DNA from: an uncultured bacterium
GTDB taxonomy: Bacteria > Actinomycetota > Actinomycetes > S36-B12
Direction of reading: 5' to 3'
Assembly (NCBI GenBank): GCA_903909555.1
Contig: CAIVWG010000051.1
Coordinates: 720-64,719, forward strand
DNA length: 64,000 nt
Shown: in pieces, positions 1-10,679 of the stretch
Layout: every line of letters starts with the position of its first letter
How positions within the stretch are numbered: the stretch's first letter is position 1
Program-made: the position numbers and the translations under genes
The notes under the pieces: generated by a model
The model's input: only the letters and a program-made list of their open reading frames with translations
The model's database searches: none
Told to the model about the DNA's origin: nothing

Positions 1-586
1 CCGCCATCTTGAGGTCGATGTGGTCCGTCACGTCGACGACGATGTTCGGCTGTGGGCCGGCCATCACCCAGACATCCGGAACAGACCAGGCGTCGAGTCC
101 CTCGTCCTGGAGCAGGGAGGGGTGGGCGAAGGGATTGCGCGCGTCGGGGTAGATGGAGAAGATCGCAGCCTCGCCCGCGGCAAGGTGATCGGGATGCGAC
201 GCGGGGATCCGAGCCCAGTTGCGATCCGGTGACTGGATGAGGATCCGCTGCGGCCGCACCTGGCGGATGACCCTGCTGATGTCCCGCCGGAGGTCGTGGC
301 TCACGGTGAGCTCCCCGTCGCGATAGCCCAGGAAGCGGACGTCCTGAACCCCGAGAGCCTCGGCCGCCGCCACCTGCTCCGCTCGTCGGATGCGGGGGAT
401 CTCCGAGCGAGGGACGTCAGGGTCGAATCCTCCGGCGTCGCCATCCGTGACGATGCAGTAGGTCACCTCGGTGCCCTGGCCCACCCAGGTCGCCACGGTC
501 CCGGCGGCCCCGAAATCCACGTCGTCGGGGTGGGCCGTGACCACGAGGGCCCTCTCGACCGGCTCGGGGACGACGACCTCGAGCAT
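1..586 (-). CDS. PIG-L/LmbE-family zinc deacetylase (3' end of gene lies outside window)
   Basis: Hand translation of minus strand from ATG (586-584): MLEVVVPEPVERALVVTAHPDDVDFGAAGTVATW...SHPDHLAAGEA. AHPDD and HPDH motifs are the LmbE/PIG-L signature. Absent from ORF track because no stop lies inside the window. Confidence 0.8.
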   Translation of the reverse strand, partial: MLEVVVPEPVERALVVTAHPDDVDFGAAGTVATWVGQGTEVTYCIVTDGDAGGFDPDVPRSEIPRIRRAEQVAAAEALGVQDVRFLGYRDGELTVSHDLRRDISRVIRQVRPQRILIQSPDRNWARIPASHPDHLAAGEAAIFSIYPDARNPFAHPSLLQDEGLDAWSVPDVWVMAGPQPNIVVDVTDHIDLKMA

Positions 587-773
587 GGGGACTCCCGTGC
601 GGTGGGAGGGCCGGCCCGCCGGCCCCGACTGGGGGACTTCTGGGAAACGGGCCGAGCCGGAAGTGATTCCCGGGGCGCCAGGGGTTACCGTGGCATGCGT
701 GCGTGCCCACCCGGACCGTCTGAGACGTCATCCTAGGTCGGCCTCGGCCGGGGGACCCGGCAGGGGGCCGGGC

Positions 774-2870
774 GTGAGGGCGGCCCTTCGGGTGGCCGTC
801 GCGGGCGTCCTCGCCGTGAGTTCCGTCTCCGCCATCGGCGCCGCGGGTGCCGCAGCAGTGCCGTCCACCGCGGGGCCGCTCGGTGCGGCTGCCGCGGGCA
901 TCCTCAGCGAGGACGACCTCATCGCGGCCGCGGCGGCCGCGGACGTGCGGATTGATCCGCGGGAGTTCGACAGCGCGCCGCGCTCGGCCGGAGGCAAGCC
1001 CGAACAGGAGCCCGACGACGGCGCCCCCGACGACGGCAATGGCGACGGCAGTGGCGGCGGCAACGGCAGTGGCAATGGCGACGGCAATGGCGACGGCAAT
1101 GGCAGTGGCAATGGCGGCGGCGGGAATGGCAACGGCGATCCCGCGTCTGACCTCGATACCGACACCCCCGCACCGGCACCGGCTCCGACGCCCGCGAAGG
1201 TCCCCCTCCCGCCAGGTCCGGCGACCCCGCCGGGGCTGCCGGCAGAAGTCGATCCGCTCGCGTCCTACCAGGGCCAGTTCCTGTGCTCCCCGGATCCCAA
1301 GCCCGGCGCGCTGAAGATCACCGAACTCCTCCAGCAGACGTACTCCACCACCGACGCCATCTGGATTCCCCGCGACTGCTCCGTGGGCGGACGTAGCGAG
1401 CACAAGGAGGGGCGCGCCGTCGACTGGATGATCGACCAGAGCGTCCCCGGGGAGAACGCGCAGGCCGAGTCGTTCCTCCAGTGGCTCCTCGCCACTGACG
1501 AGAACGGCGAACCCTTCGCGATGGCCCGGCGCCTCGGCATCATGTACATCGGCTGGGGTGACGAGATCTGGGAGTCGTACACGCAGCAGTGGACCGAGCT
1601 CAAGGGCTGCTACTCCAAGCCGGACGACGGCTACGACACCTACTGCCACCGCGATCACATCCATCTCTCGCTGTCGTGGGATGGCGCGGCGGCGCAGACG
1701 AGCTTCTGGGGAGGCGACCCCACCCCGGCGCCGACCTGCCAGACGGACAAGGAGGCGGCGGCTGAGGCGATGCCGGTCGGCAACGGCCTGGACTACCTGC
1801 CGGTGACGCCCCGCCGACTTCTCGACACTCGGTCGGGACTGGGACTCGAGCGCCAGCCGTGCCGACTGACGCAACTGTCGTCCGGCGGCCCCGGAGCGCC
1901 GGTCGTGATCAACGTCGCGGCCCTCGCGGACAGCCCGGGCGAGGGCATGCGCGCGGTCGCGGTGAGGCTCGTGAGTTCGGGCTCGAACTCCCCGGCCTCC
2001 CTGCGCGCCATCACCGGCGGCGACGCCACGATGCTCGACATCGCGATGAACGGGCGTCGGGAGATGACGACGATCCTCCCGGTTGCCAAGGACGGCACTC
2101 TCGCGTTCACGACCGACTCGGGTGCAGGTCACCTGGCGGTGGACCTGCTCGGGTACTTCGTCAAGCCGGCGACCGCGACCGATGCCGGCGGTGGCCGCCT
2201 CCTCACCCAGTCCGGCCTGGTCGCCTACGACTCCCGCAAGGGCCAGCAGCCGCTGGGGCCGGGGGAGAAGCGCCTCATCGACGTCGGTCTCGCCGCCACG
2301 ACCGAGGGACCGCCCGCGGGCGCGCTGGTGAGTGTCACCGCTGTTCGCGGCGAGGGCGCCGGCAGCCTCGTGGTGCGCCGCACCGGAGAGCGGCGCACGG
2401 CGGCGACCCAGTCCCTCGCCTACCGCAAGGACGAGCGTTCGACAACCAACGTCCTCACCGCCCTGGATCCCGAGGGCCGGATCACGGTCGTCAATGCCGG
2501 CGCCAAGCCGGTGGACGTCGTCATCACGCTCCAGGCGTCGGCGGTCCGCACCCAGTCCCTGGGGTACCTCCTCGTGCCCGTGGCGCCCAAGCCGGTGGAG
2601 CCGCGGCGCACCACGCTCACGCGCCTCCTCCGCAAGCCCACCGGGGCCAAGGCCGCGATCCTCCAGGTGAGCCTGCGCTCGACGGGCGAGGGTGGATCGG
2701 TGACCTTCTGGTCCCTTCTCGAGCCGGAAGCGCCCTCCCTGTCGGTGGCGCGCGGTGGCGCGACGTCAGCCCTCGTCATCGTCCCCCTCAGCCGTGAGGG
2801 GACGATCGCCCGCTCGGTCGACGGTGACGGCCTGCAGGTGGACGCAGCGGTCGTGGCCTACCTGCGGTAG
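774..2870 (+). CDS. secreted VanY-like (LAS/M15-type) zinc peptidase domain protein with C-terminal triple repeat
   Basis: In-frame part of track ORF 471..2870. The upstream part overlaps the divergent LmbE gene, so GTG 774 (RAALRVAVAGVLAVSSVSA, signal-like) is preferred but uncertain. SEHKEGRAVD and HRDHIH fit the SxHxxGxAxD / HxH zinc ligands of VanY-type peptidases. The last ~350 aa form three related ~115-aa repeats (PVTPRRLLDTR...VDLLGYF). Confidence 0.75.
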   Translation: MRAALRVAVAGVLAVSSVSAIGAAGAAAVPSTAGPLGAAAAGILSEDDLIAAAAAADVRIDPREFDSAPRSAGGKPEQEPDDGAPDDGNGDGSGGGNGSGNGDGNGDGNGSGNGGGGNGNGDPASDLDTDTPAPAPAPTPAKVPLPPGPATPPGLPAEVDPLASYQGQFLCSPDPKPGALKITELLQQTYSTTDAIWIPRDCSVGGRSEHKEGRAVDWMIDQSVPGENAQAESFLQWLLATDENGEPFAMARRLGIMYIGWGDEIWESYTQQWTELKGCYSKPDDGYDTYCHRDHIHLSLSWDGAAAQTSFWGGDPTPAPTCQTDKEAAAEAMPVGNGLDYLPVTPRRLLDTRSGLGLERQPCRLTQLSSGGPGAPVVINVAALADSPGEGMRAVAVRLVSSGSNSPASLRAITGGDATMLDIAMNGRREMTTILPVAKDGTLAFTTDSGAGHLAVDLLGYFVKPATATDAGGGRLLTQSGLVAYDSRKGQQPLGPGEKRLIDVGLAATTEGPPAGALVSVTAVRGEGAGSLVVRRTGERRTAATQSLAYRKDERSTTNVLTALDPEGRITVVNAGAKPVDVVITLQASAVRTQSLGYLLVPVAPKPVEPRRTTLTRLLRKPTGAKAAILQVSLRSTGEGGSVTFWSLLEPEAPSLSVARGGATSALVIVPLSREGTIARSVDGDGLQVDAAVVAYLR
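1035..1139 (+). repeat. in-frame GGC-AAT-GGC-GAC/AGT microsatellite encoding GNGDGSGGGNGSGNGDGNGDGNGSGNGGGGNGNGD
   Basis: Read directly from sequence: 35 codons built almost only of GGC, AAT/AAC, GAC/GAT, AGT. It creates spurious ORFs in other frames (728..1165-, 847..1314+, 919..1179-). Confidence 0.9.
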
Positions 2871-2892
2871 GAACACGCCGTACCATCGGGCG

Positions 2893-5088
2893 GTGACCGA
2901 CCTCAATCCCGCGCAACTCGAGGCGGTCACGCATCGAGGCTCGCCGCTCCTCATCGTCGCGGGCGCAGGCTCGGGGAAAACGCGCGTGCTCACGAGTCGC
3001 ATCGCCCACCTCATTCGCGAGGAGGGCGTGCGGCCGGGTGAGATCCTGGCGATCACGTTCACCAACAAGGCAGCGCGGGAGATGGTCGACCGCGTCGCGT
3101 CGCTCGTCGGGCCTGTCTCCCGCTCCATGTGGGTCTCGACGTTCCACTCCGCCTGCGTGCGGATCCTGCGCCGCGAGGCCAAGCACCTCGGCATCTCCTC
3201 GTCGTTCTCCATCTACGACTCCGCAGACTCCCAGCGGCTCATGGGGATGGTCCTGCGCGACCTCGACCTGGATCCCAAGCGCCACCCGCCGCGTGCCTTC
3301 GCGGCGCGCGTGTCCGCGCTGAAGAACGAGCTCATCGACGAGGACGAGTTCTCGCGAAGGGCCGAGACCCCGGGCGACCGGGTTCTCGCCGAGGCCTACC
3401 GGGAGTACCAGCGCCGCCTGCGCCAGGCCAACGCCTTCGACTTCGACGACCTCATCTCGGCCACGGTCGCCCTGCTTCAACTCCATCCCGAGGTGGCCGA
3501 GCACTACCACCGCCGGTTCCGACACGTCCTCGTCGACGAGTACCAGGATACGAACCATGCGCAGTACGTGCTCGTGCGCGAACTCGTGGGCAACGGCGCC
3601 GACGGTGTCCCGCCCGCCGAACTGTGCGTCGTCGGAGATGCCGATCAGTCCATCTACGCCTTCCGCGGCGCGACGATCCGCAACATCGAGGAATTCGAGC
3701 GCGACTATCCCGACGCTCGAACTGTCGTGCTCGAGCAGAACTACCGCTCGACCCAGACCATCCTCGATGCCGCAAACCGCGTCATCGCGCGCAACTCGGC
3801 AAGGCGACCAAAGCGGCTGTGGACCGAGGCCGGGGCCGGCGATCCGATCACCGTGTATGTCGCCGACGACGAGCACGACGAGGCGACCTTCGTGGCCGAC
3901 GAGATCGACGCCCTCACGGACAGTCGCGGCGTTCGTCCATCCGACGTCGCGGTGTTCTACCGCACCAACGCCCAGTCGCGCTCCTTCGAGGAGATCCTCA
4001 TCCGGGTCGGCCTGCCGTACACCGTCGTCGGTGGCGTGCGCTTCTACGAGCGCCGGGAGGTCCGCGACGCGATCGCGTACCTGCGGGCCGTCGCGAACCC
4101 CGACGATGACGTGTCGCTCAGGCGCATCCTCAATGTGCCCAAGCGCGGCATCGGGGACCGCGCTGAGGAGGCGATCGTCACCTTCGCCCAGCGTGAGCGC
4201 ATCTCGTTCGGAGCCGCTCTCGACCGTGTCGACGACGTTCCGGGGCTGGCTCCGCGATCGCTGGCGCAGGCGCGCGACTTCGCACGACTCCTCAGCGACC
4301 TGCGCACGCTGGTGGAGTCGGGTGAGGGTCCCGCGACGGTGCTCCAGGCCGCGCTCGAGCAGACCGGCTACCTCGCTGAGCTCCAGGGGTCGTCCGACCC
4401 GCAGGACCAGACTCGCCTGGAGAACCTCGCCGAACTCGAGTCGGTGGCCGTCGAGTACGAGCGCGACGCCGAGGAGCCGACGATGGAGGGGTTCCTCGAG
4501 CGCGTCTCCCTCGTCGCCGACGCTGACGACATCCCCGGGGACGACGAGGGCGTCGTCACCCTCATGACCCTGCACACTGCCAAAGGCCTGGAGTTCCCCG
4601 TCGTCTTCCTCACCGGCATGGAGGACGGCGTGTTCCCGCACATGCGCTCCCTGGGTTCGGAGGCCGAGTTGGAGGAGGAGCGCCGCCTTGCGTACGTCGG
4701 CATCACCCGGGCGCGCGAGAAGCTCTACCTCACGCGCGCGGTCGTGCGCTCGGCCTGGGGCACGCCCACCACGAACCCGGCGTCACGCTTCCTCGAGGAG
4801 ATACCCGAGGAGCTCCTCGAGCATCGTCGGCTCGAGCCGGTGGCGACCTCCTGGGCGGCCCGCTCGGCGCCCGCGGCGGCTCCCCGCGCATCGGGCCCGC
4901 GCGCCCCCGGCGGCGGTGCCGTGCTGTCCCTCCAGGTGGGCGAGCGCGTCATGCACAAGACGTTCGGAATGGGCACGGTGGTGGAGACGAACGGCGTGGG
5001 CGAACGAGCCGAGGCCACGATCGACTTCGGGTCCGCGGGCACCAAGCGGCTGCTGCTGAGGTACGCCCCGGTCGAGAGGCTCTCCTGA
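2893..5088 (+). CDS. pcrA: ATP-dependent DNA helicase PcrA/UvrD family
   Basis: GTG 2893 (TDLNPAQLEAVTHRGSPLLIVAGAGSGKTRVLT) lies 22 nt after the upstream stop. Walker A AGAGSGKT, DEYQDTN motif II and a TLHTAKGLEFPVVF motif, 731 aa. The track ORF start at 2755 overlaps the previous gene. Confidence 0.93.
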   Translation: MTDLNPAQLEAVTHRGSPLLIVAGAGSGKTRVLTSRIAHLIREEGVRPGEILAITFTNKAAREMVDRVASLVGPVSRSMWVSTFHSACVRILRREAKHLGISSSFSIYDSADSQRLMGMVLRDLDLDPKRHPPRAFAARVSALKNELIDEDEFSRRAETPGDRVLAEAYREYQRRLRQANAFDFDDLISATVALLQLHPEVAEHYHRRFRHVLVDEYQDTNHAQYVLVRELVGNGADGVPPAELCVVGDADQSIYAFRGATIRNIEEFERDYPDARTVVLEQNYRSTQTILDAANRVIARNSARRPKRLWTEAGAGDPITVYVADDEHDEATFVADEIDALTDSRGVRPSDVAVFYRTNAQSRSFEEILIRVGLPYTVVGGVRFYERREVRDAIAYLRAVANPDDDVSLRRILNVPKRGIGDRAEEAIVTFAQRERISFGAALDRVDDVPGLAPRSLAQARDFARLLSDLRTLVESGEGPATVLQAALEQTGYLAELQGSSDPQDQTRLENLAELESVAVEYERDAEEPTMEGFLERVSLVADADDIPGDDEGVVTLMTLHTAKGLEFPVVFLTGMEDGVFPHMRSLGSEAELEEERRLAYVGITRAREKLYLTRAVVRSAWGTPTTNPASRFLEEIPEELLEHRRLEPVATSWAARSAPAAAPRASGPRAPGGGAVLSLQVGERVMHKTFGMGTVVETNGVGERAEATIDFGSAGTKRLLLRYAPVERLS

Positions 5089-5130
5089 GCCCCGTTGCCG
5101 GCGCGGGGGCGGCCGGTGAGGCGGCGCGCC

Positions 5131-5979
5131 CTAGTCGAGGTGGGCGAGAGCGAGCCCGATCTCGCGGATGACGCGCCCGTCCACGGGAAGCGACAGGTGC
5201 CCGGCGCCGCGCACGAGCACGTTGCGCGCGTCGAGGTCGGGGTGCGTGATCCGGGCGTGGGACTGCGGGATGACGAGCTGGTCGATGTCGCTCCAGAACG
5301 CGATGAAGCGCGTGCTGCAGTCCGGTGCCGGCTCCGTCAGCTCGATGACGATGTCGCCGTCTATGCGCATCTGGCGCGCGACCGGGTGCGGGAACAGGTG
5401 CGCGGGCAGCGTGCCGGAGTGGGGAGTTCCGAGGGTGACCAGGGTGTGGATGCGCGCGTCGCCGTCGAGTCGCTGCACGAGGTAGCGGCCGATGAGACCG
5501 CCCATGGAATGCCCGATGACGTGCACCTGCTCGTGACCCGTCTCCTCGCACACCTCTTCGACGAGGTCGCCGAGCCGCACGGCGACCGAGCGGATGTCGT
5601 CGGTCAGCGGGGAGTAGTTCAGCGCGTACGTCGACCCGAAGCCGCGGCGCTTGAGCCCCCGGCGCATCAGCGTGAAGATCGACCGGTTGTCGAACACCCC
5701 GTGCATGAGCACGATCGGGGTGCCGGCGGCCACGACGTCGCCGACGAGCAGTCCGCGCTGCGCCGGCGGGAGCCCCTCCAGGGAGTGCCGCTCGAGGTGG
5801 AGTCGGAGGTTCTCCTCGGCCAGCCCGAGCGGGTACATCGCGAGGTGCGCGGTGATCCAGGCAGCCTCCACCGCGGCCCCCCGGAAGGTGGACGGGGAGG
5901 CCAGGGTGCGCCCGGCGCCCCGGACCCGGTCGAGAACCCCGGTACTGCCCGATCCCTCGTCGCCGGTCGTCTCCGCCAC
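5131..5979 (-). CDS. alpha/beta hydrolase, lipase/esterase-like
   Basis: C-terminal 282 aa of track ORF 5131..7242(-). GHSMGG nucleophile elbow and VLMHGVFDN oxyanion region. GTG 5979 is chosen because the upstream part of the ORF is antisense to the mutase small subunit and sucC. Confidence 0.75.
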   Translation of the reverse strand: MAETTGDEGSGSTGVLDRVRGAGRTLASPSTFRGAAVEAAWITAHLAMYPLGLAEENLRLHLERHSLEGLPPAQRGLLVGDVVAAGTPIVLMHGVFDNRSIFTLMRRGLKRRGFGSTYALNYSPLTDDIRSVAVRLGDLVEEVCEETGHEQVHVIGHSMGGLIGRYLVQRLDGDARIHTLVTLGTPHSGTLPAHLFPHPVARQMRIDGDIVIELTEPAPDCSTRFIAFWSDIDQLVIPQSHARITHPDLDARNVLVRGAGHLSLPVDGRVIREIGLALAHLD

Positions 5980-6096
5980 GGTCCGACGGTAACCCGACGG
6001 GGCGGGGGAATGCGGGCGATCCGCCCGGTGAGGAGGTGTCCGTAGGCTGTTCCCCTGGCGGAGGAACGCAGGGCGGCGGAAGGCAGGGAGGCGCTG

Positions 6097-6501
6097 GTGT
6101 CCGGTCCCATCCGAGTGGTCGTGGCCAAGCCTGGGCTGGACGGCCACGACCGCGGTGCCAAGGTGGTCGCGCGCGCTCTCCGGGACGCGGGCATGGAGGT
6201 CATCTACACCGGCCTGCACCAGACGCCCGCGCAGATCGCCGAGACGGCCGTCCAGGAGGACGCGGACGCGATCGGAGTCTCGATCCTGTCGGGCGCCCAC
6301 CTGGTGCTCTTCCCCGAGCTCATGGACGAACTCCGCGCCCGGGGCGCCGAGGACGTGGTCGTCTTCGGTGGGGGGATCATTCCCGAGGCCGACATCCCCG
6401 AACTCACGAGAATCGGGGTCTCCCGGATCTTCGGGCCGGGCACTCCGATGCAGGAGATCGTGGACTGGGTCGGCGCTCACGTGGTTTCCGCCCGCGCCTG
6501 A
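6097..6501 (+). CDS. methylmalonyl-CoA mutase family, small cobalamin-binding subunit
   Basis: 134 aa. [24 protein letters not shown] contains the DxHxxG B12-binding motif. GGGAGG lies 7 nt upstream of GTG 6097. Confidence 0.88.
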   Translation: MSGPIRVVVAKPGLDGHDRGAKVVARALRDAGMEVIYTGLHQTPAQIAETAVQEDADAIGVSILSGAHLVLFPELMDELRARGAEDVVVFGGGIIPEADIPELTRIGVSRIFGPGTPMQEIVDWVGAHVVSARA

Positions 6502-6579
6502 TCCGCCGCCCCTGGCCCGTTTCGCATCGGGGAGATCAGTAGGCTCCCGACGTCGGTCTCCGCTTGCGAAGGAACGCCC

Positions 6580-7754
6580 GTGGATCTGTACGAGTACCAG
6601 GCCAAGCACCTGTTCGGGGAGCATGACGTCCCGGTGACCCCGGGGGAGGTGTGCTCGACTCCCGAGGCGGCGCACGGGGCCGCCCGCAGGATCGGCTCGG
6701 CCGTCGTCGTGAAGGCCCAGGTCAAGACCGGGGGGCGCGGCAAGGCGGGCGGCGTGAAGCTCGCCGCGGACCCCGACGAGGCGCATGACCGCGCCCGGGA
6801 CATCCTCGGCCTGGACATCAAGGGGCACGTCGTGCGTCGCGTCCTCGTGACCGAGGCCACGGACATCGCCGAGGAGTACTACGTCTCGTTCCTCCTCGAC
6901 CGGGCGAACCGCGCGTTCCTCGCGATGGCGAGCGTCGAGGGTGGCGTCGACATCGAGGAGGTCGCTGCCACCCGTCCCGAGGCCCTGGCGCTGATCCGCA
7001 TCGACGCCATCGAAGGGGTGGACGAGGCCAAGGCTCGCGAGATCGTCGAGAGCGCAGGCTTCCCGGAGGCCATCCGAGACCAGGTGATCGACATCCTCGT
7101 CAAGCTCTGGGGTGTCCTCGTCCGCGAGGACGCCACCCTCGTCGAGGTCAACCCGCTGGTGCTCTCCGCCGACGGGCGCGTGCTCGCGCTGGACGGCAAG
7201 GTCACGCTCGACGACAACGCGCACTATCGCCACGCCTCGCACGCCGACCTCGTCGACCGGGACGCCGCCGATCCGATCGAGTTGCGTGCCAAGGAGTTCG
7301 ACCTCAACTACGTCAAGCTCGAGGGCGAGGTCGGCATCATCGGCAATGGTGCGGGGTTGGTGATGAGCACCCTCGACGTGGTCGCCTACGCCGGGGAGGA
7401 GTTCGGTGGCGTGCGGCCGGCGAACTTCCTCGACATCGGCGGAGGGGCCAGCGCGGAGGTCATGTCCAACGGTCTCGACATCGTGCTCAACGACCCCGAT
7501 GTGCGCGCGGTCTTCGTCAACGTCTTCGGCGGAATCACCTCATGTGACGCGGTGGCCAACGGCATCGTCCAGGCGGTGGGCGCCCTCGCTGAACGCGGCA
7601 CGCCGGTCACCAAGCCCATCGTGTGCAGGATCGACGGCAACAACGCCGTGGAGGGCCGTCGCATCCTCGCGGAGTTCGGCCATCCCCTCGTGGAGATGGT
7701 GGAGACCATGGACGATGCGGCACGTCGCGTCGCTGAGCTGGCCGGGAGCGCCGC

Positions 7755-7758
<4 letters not shown>
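6580..7758 (+). CDS. sucC: succinate--CoA ligase (ADP-forming) beta subunit
   Basis: [19 protein letters not shown]... ATP-grasp N-terminus, 392 aa. Stop overlaps the sucD start (ATGA). Confidence 0.95.
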
Positions 7759-8624
<866 letters not shown>

Positions 8625-8654
8625 GCCCCTGTCACCTGGAGGGGCCCCGGTGGC

Positions 8655-9920
8655 GTGCCGTTACCGGTCCCCGCGCGTTATCCCTGCGAGGCTGGTGCGG
8701 TGGCTGACGTCGTCGCGCGCCCGGGGACCGCGAAGGAGCGGGTCGCCCCTCGTGTGACGCCGGGCGACGCCGGCCCGCAGGCAGCGTCCTCGACCTCCAC
8801 CCAGGCACCCCTGCCCCTCGTGGTCGCCGGTGCCCTCGCCGGGGTGGCCGCCGCCGGACTGGGACTGGTCCTCCTCGGGGTGCCCATCCTCCTGGCCTGG
8901 CTGCTCGCCCCCGACGTGGATCAGCCCTGGTACGTGATGGTCGAGGTCATCGGGGGTGCCTGGCTGGCAGGCCAGGGGCTCCCCCCGCGCATCGACGGGG
9001 TCACGATCACGCTGCTTCCCTACGGATTCGGCCTCGCCGCTGGCGTGGTCCTGGTCCTCGCGGGCCGCTGGGCGGCTCGAGCCTCCTCCGCAGCCCGGCC
9101 GGTGGAGGCCTTCGTGGTCGCTGCCACCGGCGCCGTGGGCTACGGCCTCTCCGCGGCCGTGGTCGCGGCCCTGGCCCGGGCCATCGCCGTGCCCCCCACG
9201 CGGGCCCTGGCCACGACCGCGGCGGTCGCCGCGGTGGCGATGGCCCTGGGTGCGTGCACGACGCCCGCCCTGCGCGGCCAGACGGTGGGCCGGCTGCCGT
9301 CCGCGGTGCGCGCCGCCGCCGCGTGCGCCGGTGCCACCATGGCGGGACTCGTAGCGGCATCAGCGCTCCTGCTCGGCGCAGGGCTCGTCCTCCAGGCCGC
9401 GCAGGTCGGCGTTCTCGTCGACCTCCTCGCCGATGACCTGTCGTCGGCGATCCTGGTGGCGGGCCTCAGCATGGGCTACCTCCCCACGGTCATCGCCTGG
9501 TGCACCGCGCTCCTGCTCGGAGTCGGGGTGGAGGCCTCCGGCGTCGCCCTGGAGTCCGCCGCCGTGCCGGCGTTCCCGCCGCTCGCCGCCCTCCCCGTGG
9601 GACTCCCCGGGGCCTTCGCGCTGCCGCTGCTGGCGGTGGCCGCGGGGATGCTCGGCGGCGGTCTGTTGCGGCGCAGGCGCTGCACCGGGCTGCGCGGCGT
9701 TCTCACCGGCCTCGTCGCGTCACTCCTCGTGGGCGCGACTACGGTGCTCCTCGTGCTGCTGTCGAGCGGAGCCCTGGGCACGGCCCGGCTGTCCCACGTG
9801 GGGCCCGACCCTGCCATGGCGGGCGCCTGGGCCGCCGGGCTGACCCTCATCGGCACGCTGGTCGTCGCCGCATGGCCTGCCCGCCGGCGGGTCCGGCTCG
9901 CAGAGGTCGTCGATGGCTAG
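8655..9920 (+). CDS. polytopic integral membrane protein, PerM/DUF6350-like
   Basis: 421-aa Ala/Leu/Gly-rich multi-TM ORF between sucCD and purNH. That position matches my recollection of PerM (Rv0955) in mycobacteria, so the family call rests on synteny and composition only. Start (GTG 8655) is uncertain. Confidence 0.55.
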   Translation: MPLPVPARYPCEAGAVADVVARPGTAKERVAPRVTPGDAGPQAASSTSTQAPLPLVVAGALAGVAAAGLGLVLLGVPILLAWLLAPDVDQPWYVMVEVIGGAWLAGQGLPPRIDGVTITLLPYGFGLAAGVVLVLAGRWAARASSAARPVEAFVVAATGAVGYGLSAAVVAALARAIAVPPTRALATTAAVAAVAMALGACTTPALRGQTVGRLPSAVRAAAACAGATMAGLVAASALLLGAGLVLQAAQVGVLVDLLADDLSSAILVAGLSMGYLPTVIAWCTALLLGVGVEASGVALESAAVPAFPPLAALPVGLPGAFALPLLAVAAGMLGGGLLRRRRCTGLRGVLTGLVASLLVGATTVLLVLLSSGALGTARLSHVGPDPAMAGAWAAGLTLIGTLVVAAWPARRRVRLAEVVDG

Positions 9921-10650
9921 TCCCCTCCCTCTTCCCGACCTGGAGCCGGAGGCCCCGCAACACTCCCCGGCACCCACGCGCACGCGACCGGTCTCGCGCG
10001 GCCGCACCACCGCACGCCCGCCGCGGCCGGAGGCGCGGCCGGAGACCCGCCCCGCGAAGCCCCCTCGCCCCGCGAGGGAGCGCGAAACATCGTCCGCCGC
10101 GCCGCGCGAGCGTGCCGAGCGCAAGGTCACCGTCGCGTCGTGGCCGGCCCGCGTCGCTGGTGCCGCCATCGACGGCCTGGTGCTGCTCGTCGGGAGCGGT
10201 CTCGTCGTCGCGTGGATCACCGCGCGCGACTTCCGCACGACGCAGGTGCGTCTCGACGCCGCCACCGGCGAACCGAGCATCATCGCCGGGGCCACGACCC
10301 CCCCCTGGGTCCTCGCCGGGATCCCGCTCGTGCTCACCGCGGCGTACATGATCCTGCTCATCGGCCTGTGGGGGCGCACGCTCGGCGGCTGGGCCGTCGG
10401 CATCCGCTGCATCCCCGTCGACACGGCGACCGGAGCACCGCGGAGGGGCGCCCGTCCGGGTCTCATCGTCGGGGCGCGGCGGTGGCTCATCCTCTACGGC
10501 ATCGCCGGAGCTGTCAGCCTGCTTCCCGTGGTCGGCGGGTTCGCCTGGATCATCATCCTGCTCGTGGGGCTCTCACCGCTGTGGGACCGATCCGGGCGCC
10601 TGCGAGGCTGGCAGGATCGCTTCGCCGGCGATCTCGTCGTGCGTGCCTGA
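9913..10650 (+). CDS. RDD-family membrane protein
   Basis: Pro/Arg-rich N-terminus followed by TM segments. SWPARVAGAAIDGLVLLV and WGRTLGGWAVGIRCI resemble the RDD-domain core. ATG overlaps the upstream stop by 8 nt. Confidence 0.6.
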   Translation: MASPLPLPDLEPEAPQHSPAPTRTRPVSRGRTTARPPRPEARPETRPAKPPRPARERETSSAAPRERAERKVTVASWPARVAGAAIDGLVLLVGSGLVVAWITARDFRTTQVRLDAATGEPSIIAGATTPPWVLAGIPLVLTAAYMILLIGLWGRTLGGWAVGIRCIPVDTATGAPRRGARPGLIVGARRWLILYGIAGAVSLLPVVGGFAWIIILLVGLSPLWDRSGRLRGWQDRFAGDLVVRA

Positions 10651-10679
10651 TCCCGTCACGGGACGGGTAGGGTCGCCGT

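Noticed and set aside
417-2132. Long ORFs antisense to recognised genes. Examples are 417..2132(-), 2788..4641(-), 16770..18224(-), 21066..22412(+) and 23338..24999(+). Further examples are 28533..30401(-), 33604..35169(-), 38620..40134(-), 39932..41539(-), 45044..46723(+), 48906..51065(-) and 62765..63835(+).
   Set aside because: Each lies opposite a gene with clear family motifs. Their translations are Arg/Pro/Gly/Ala-rich with no recognisable motifs, as expected for stop-poor reverse frames of very GC-rich coding DNA.
5131-7242. A 703-aa minus-strand ORF that could be read as one large hydrolase gene.
   Set aside because: Only the C-terminal 282 aa look like an alpha/beta hydrolase. The N-terminal ~420 aa are antisense to the mutase small subunit and sucC, so I truncated the gene to GTG 5979.
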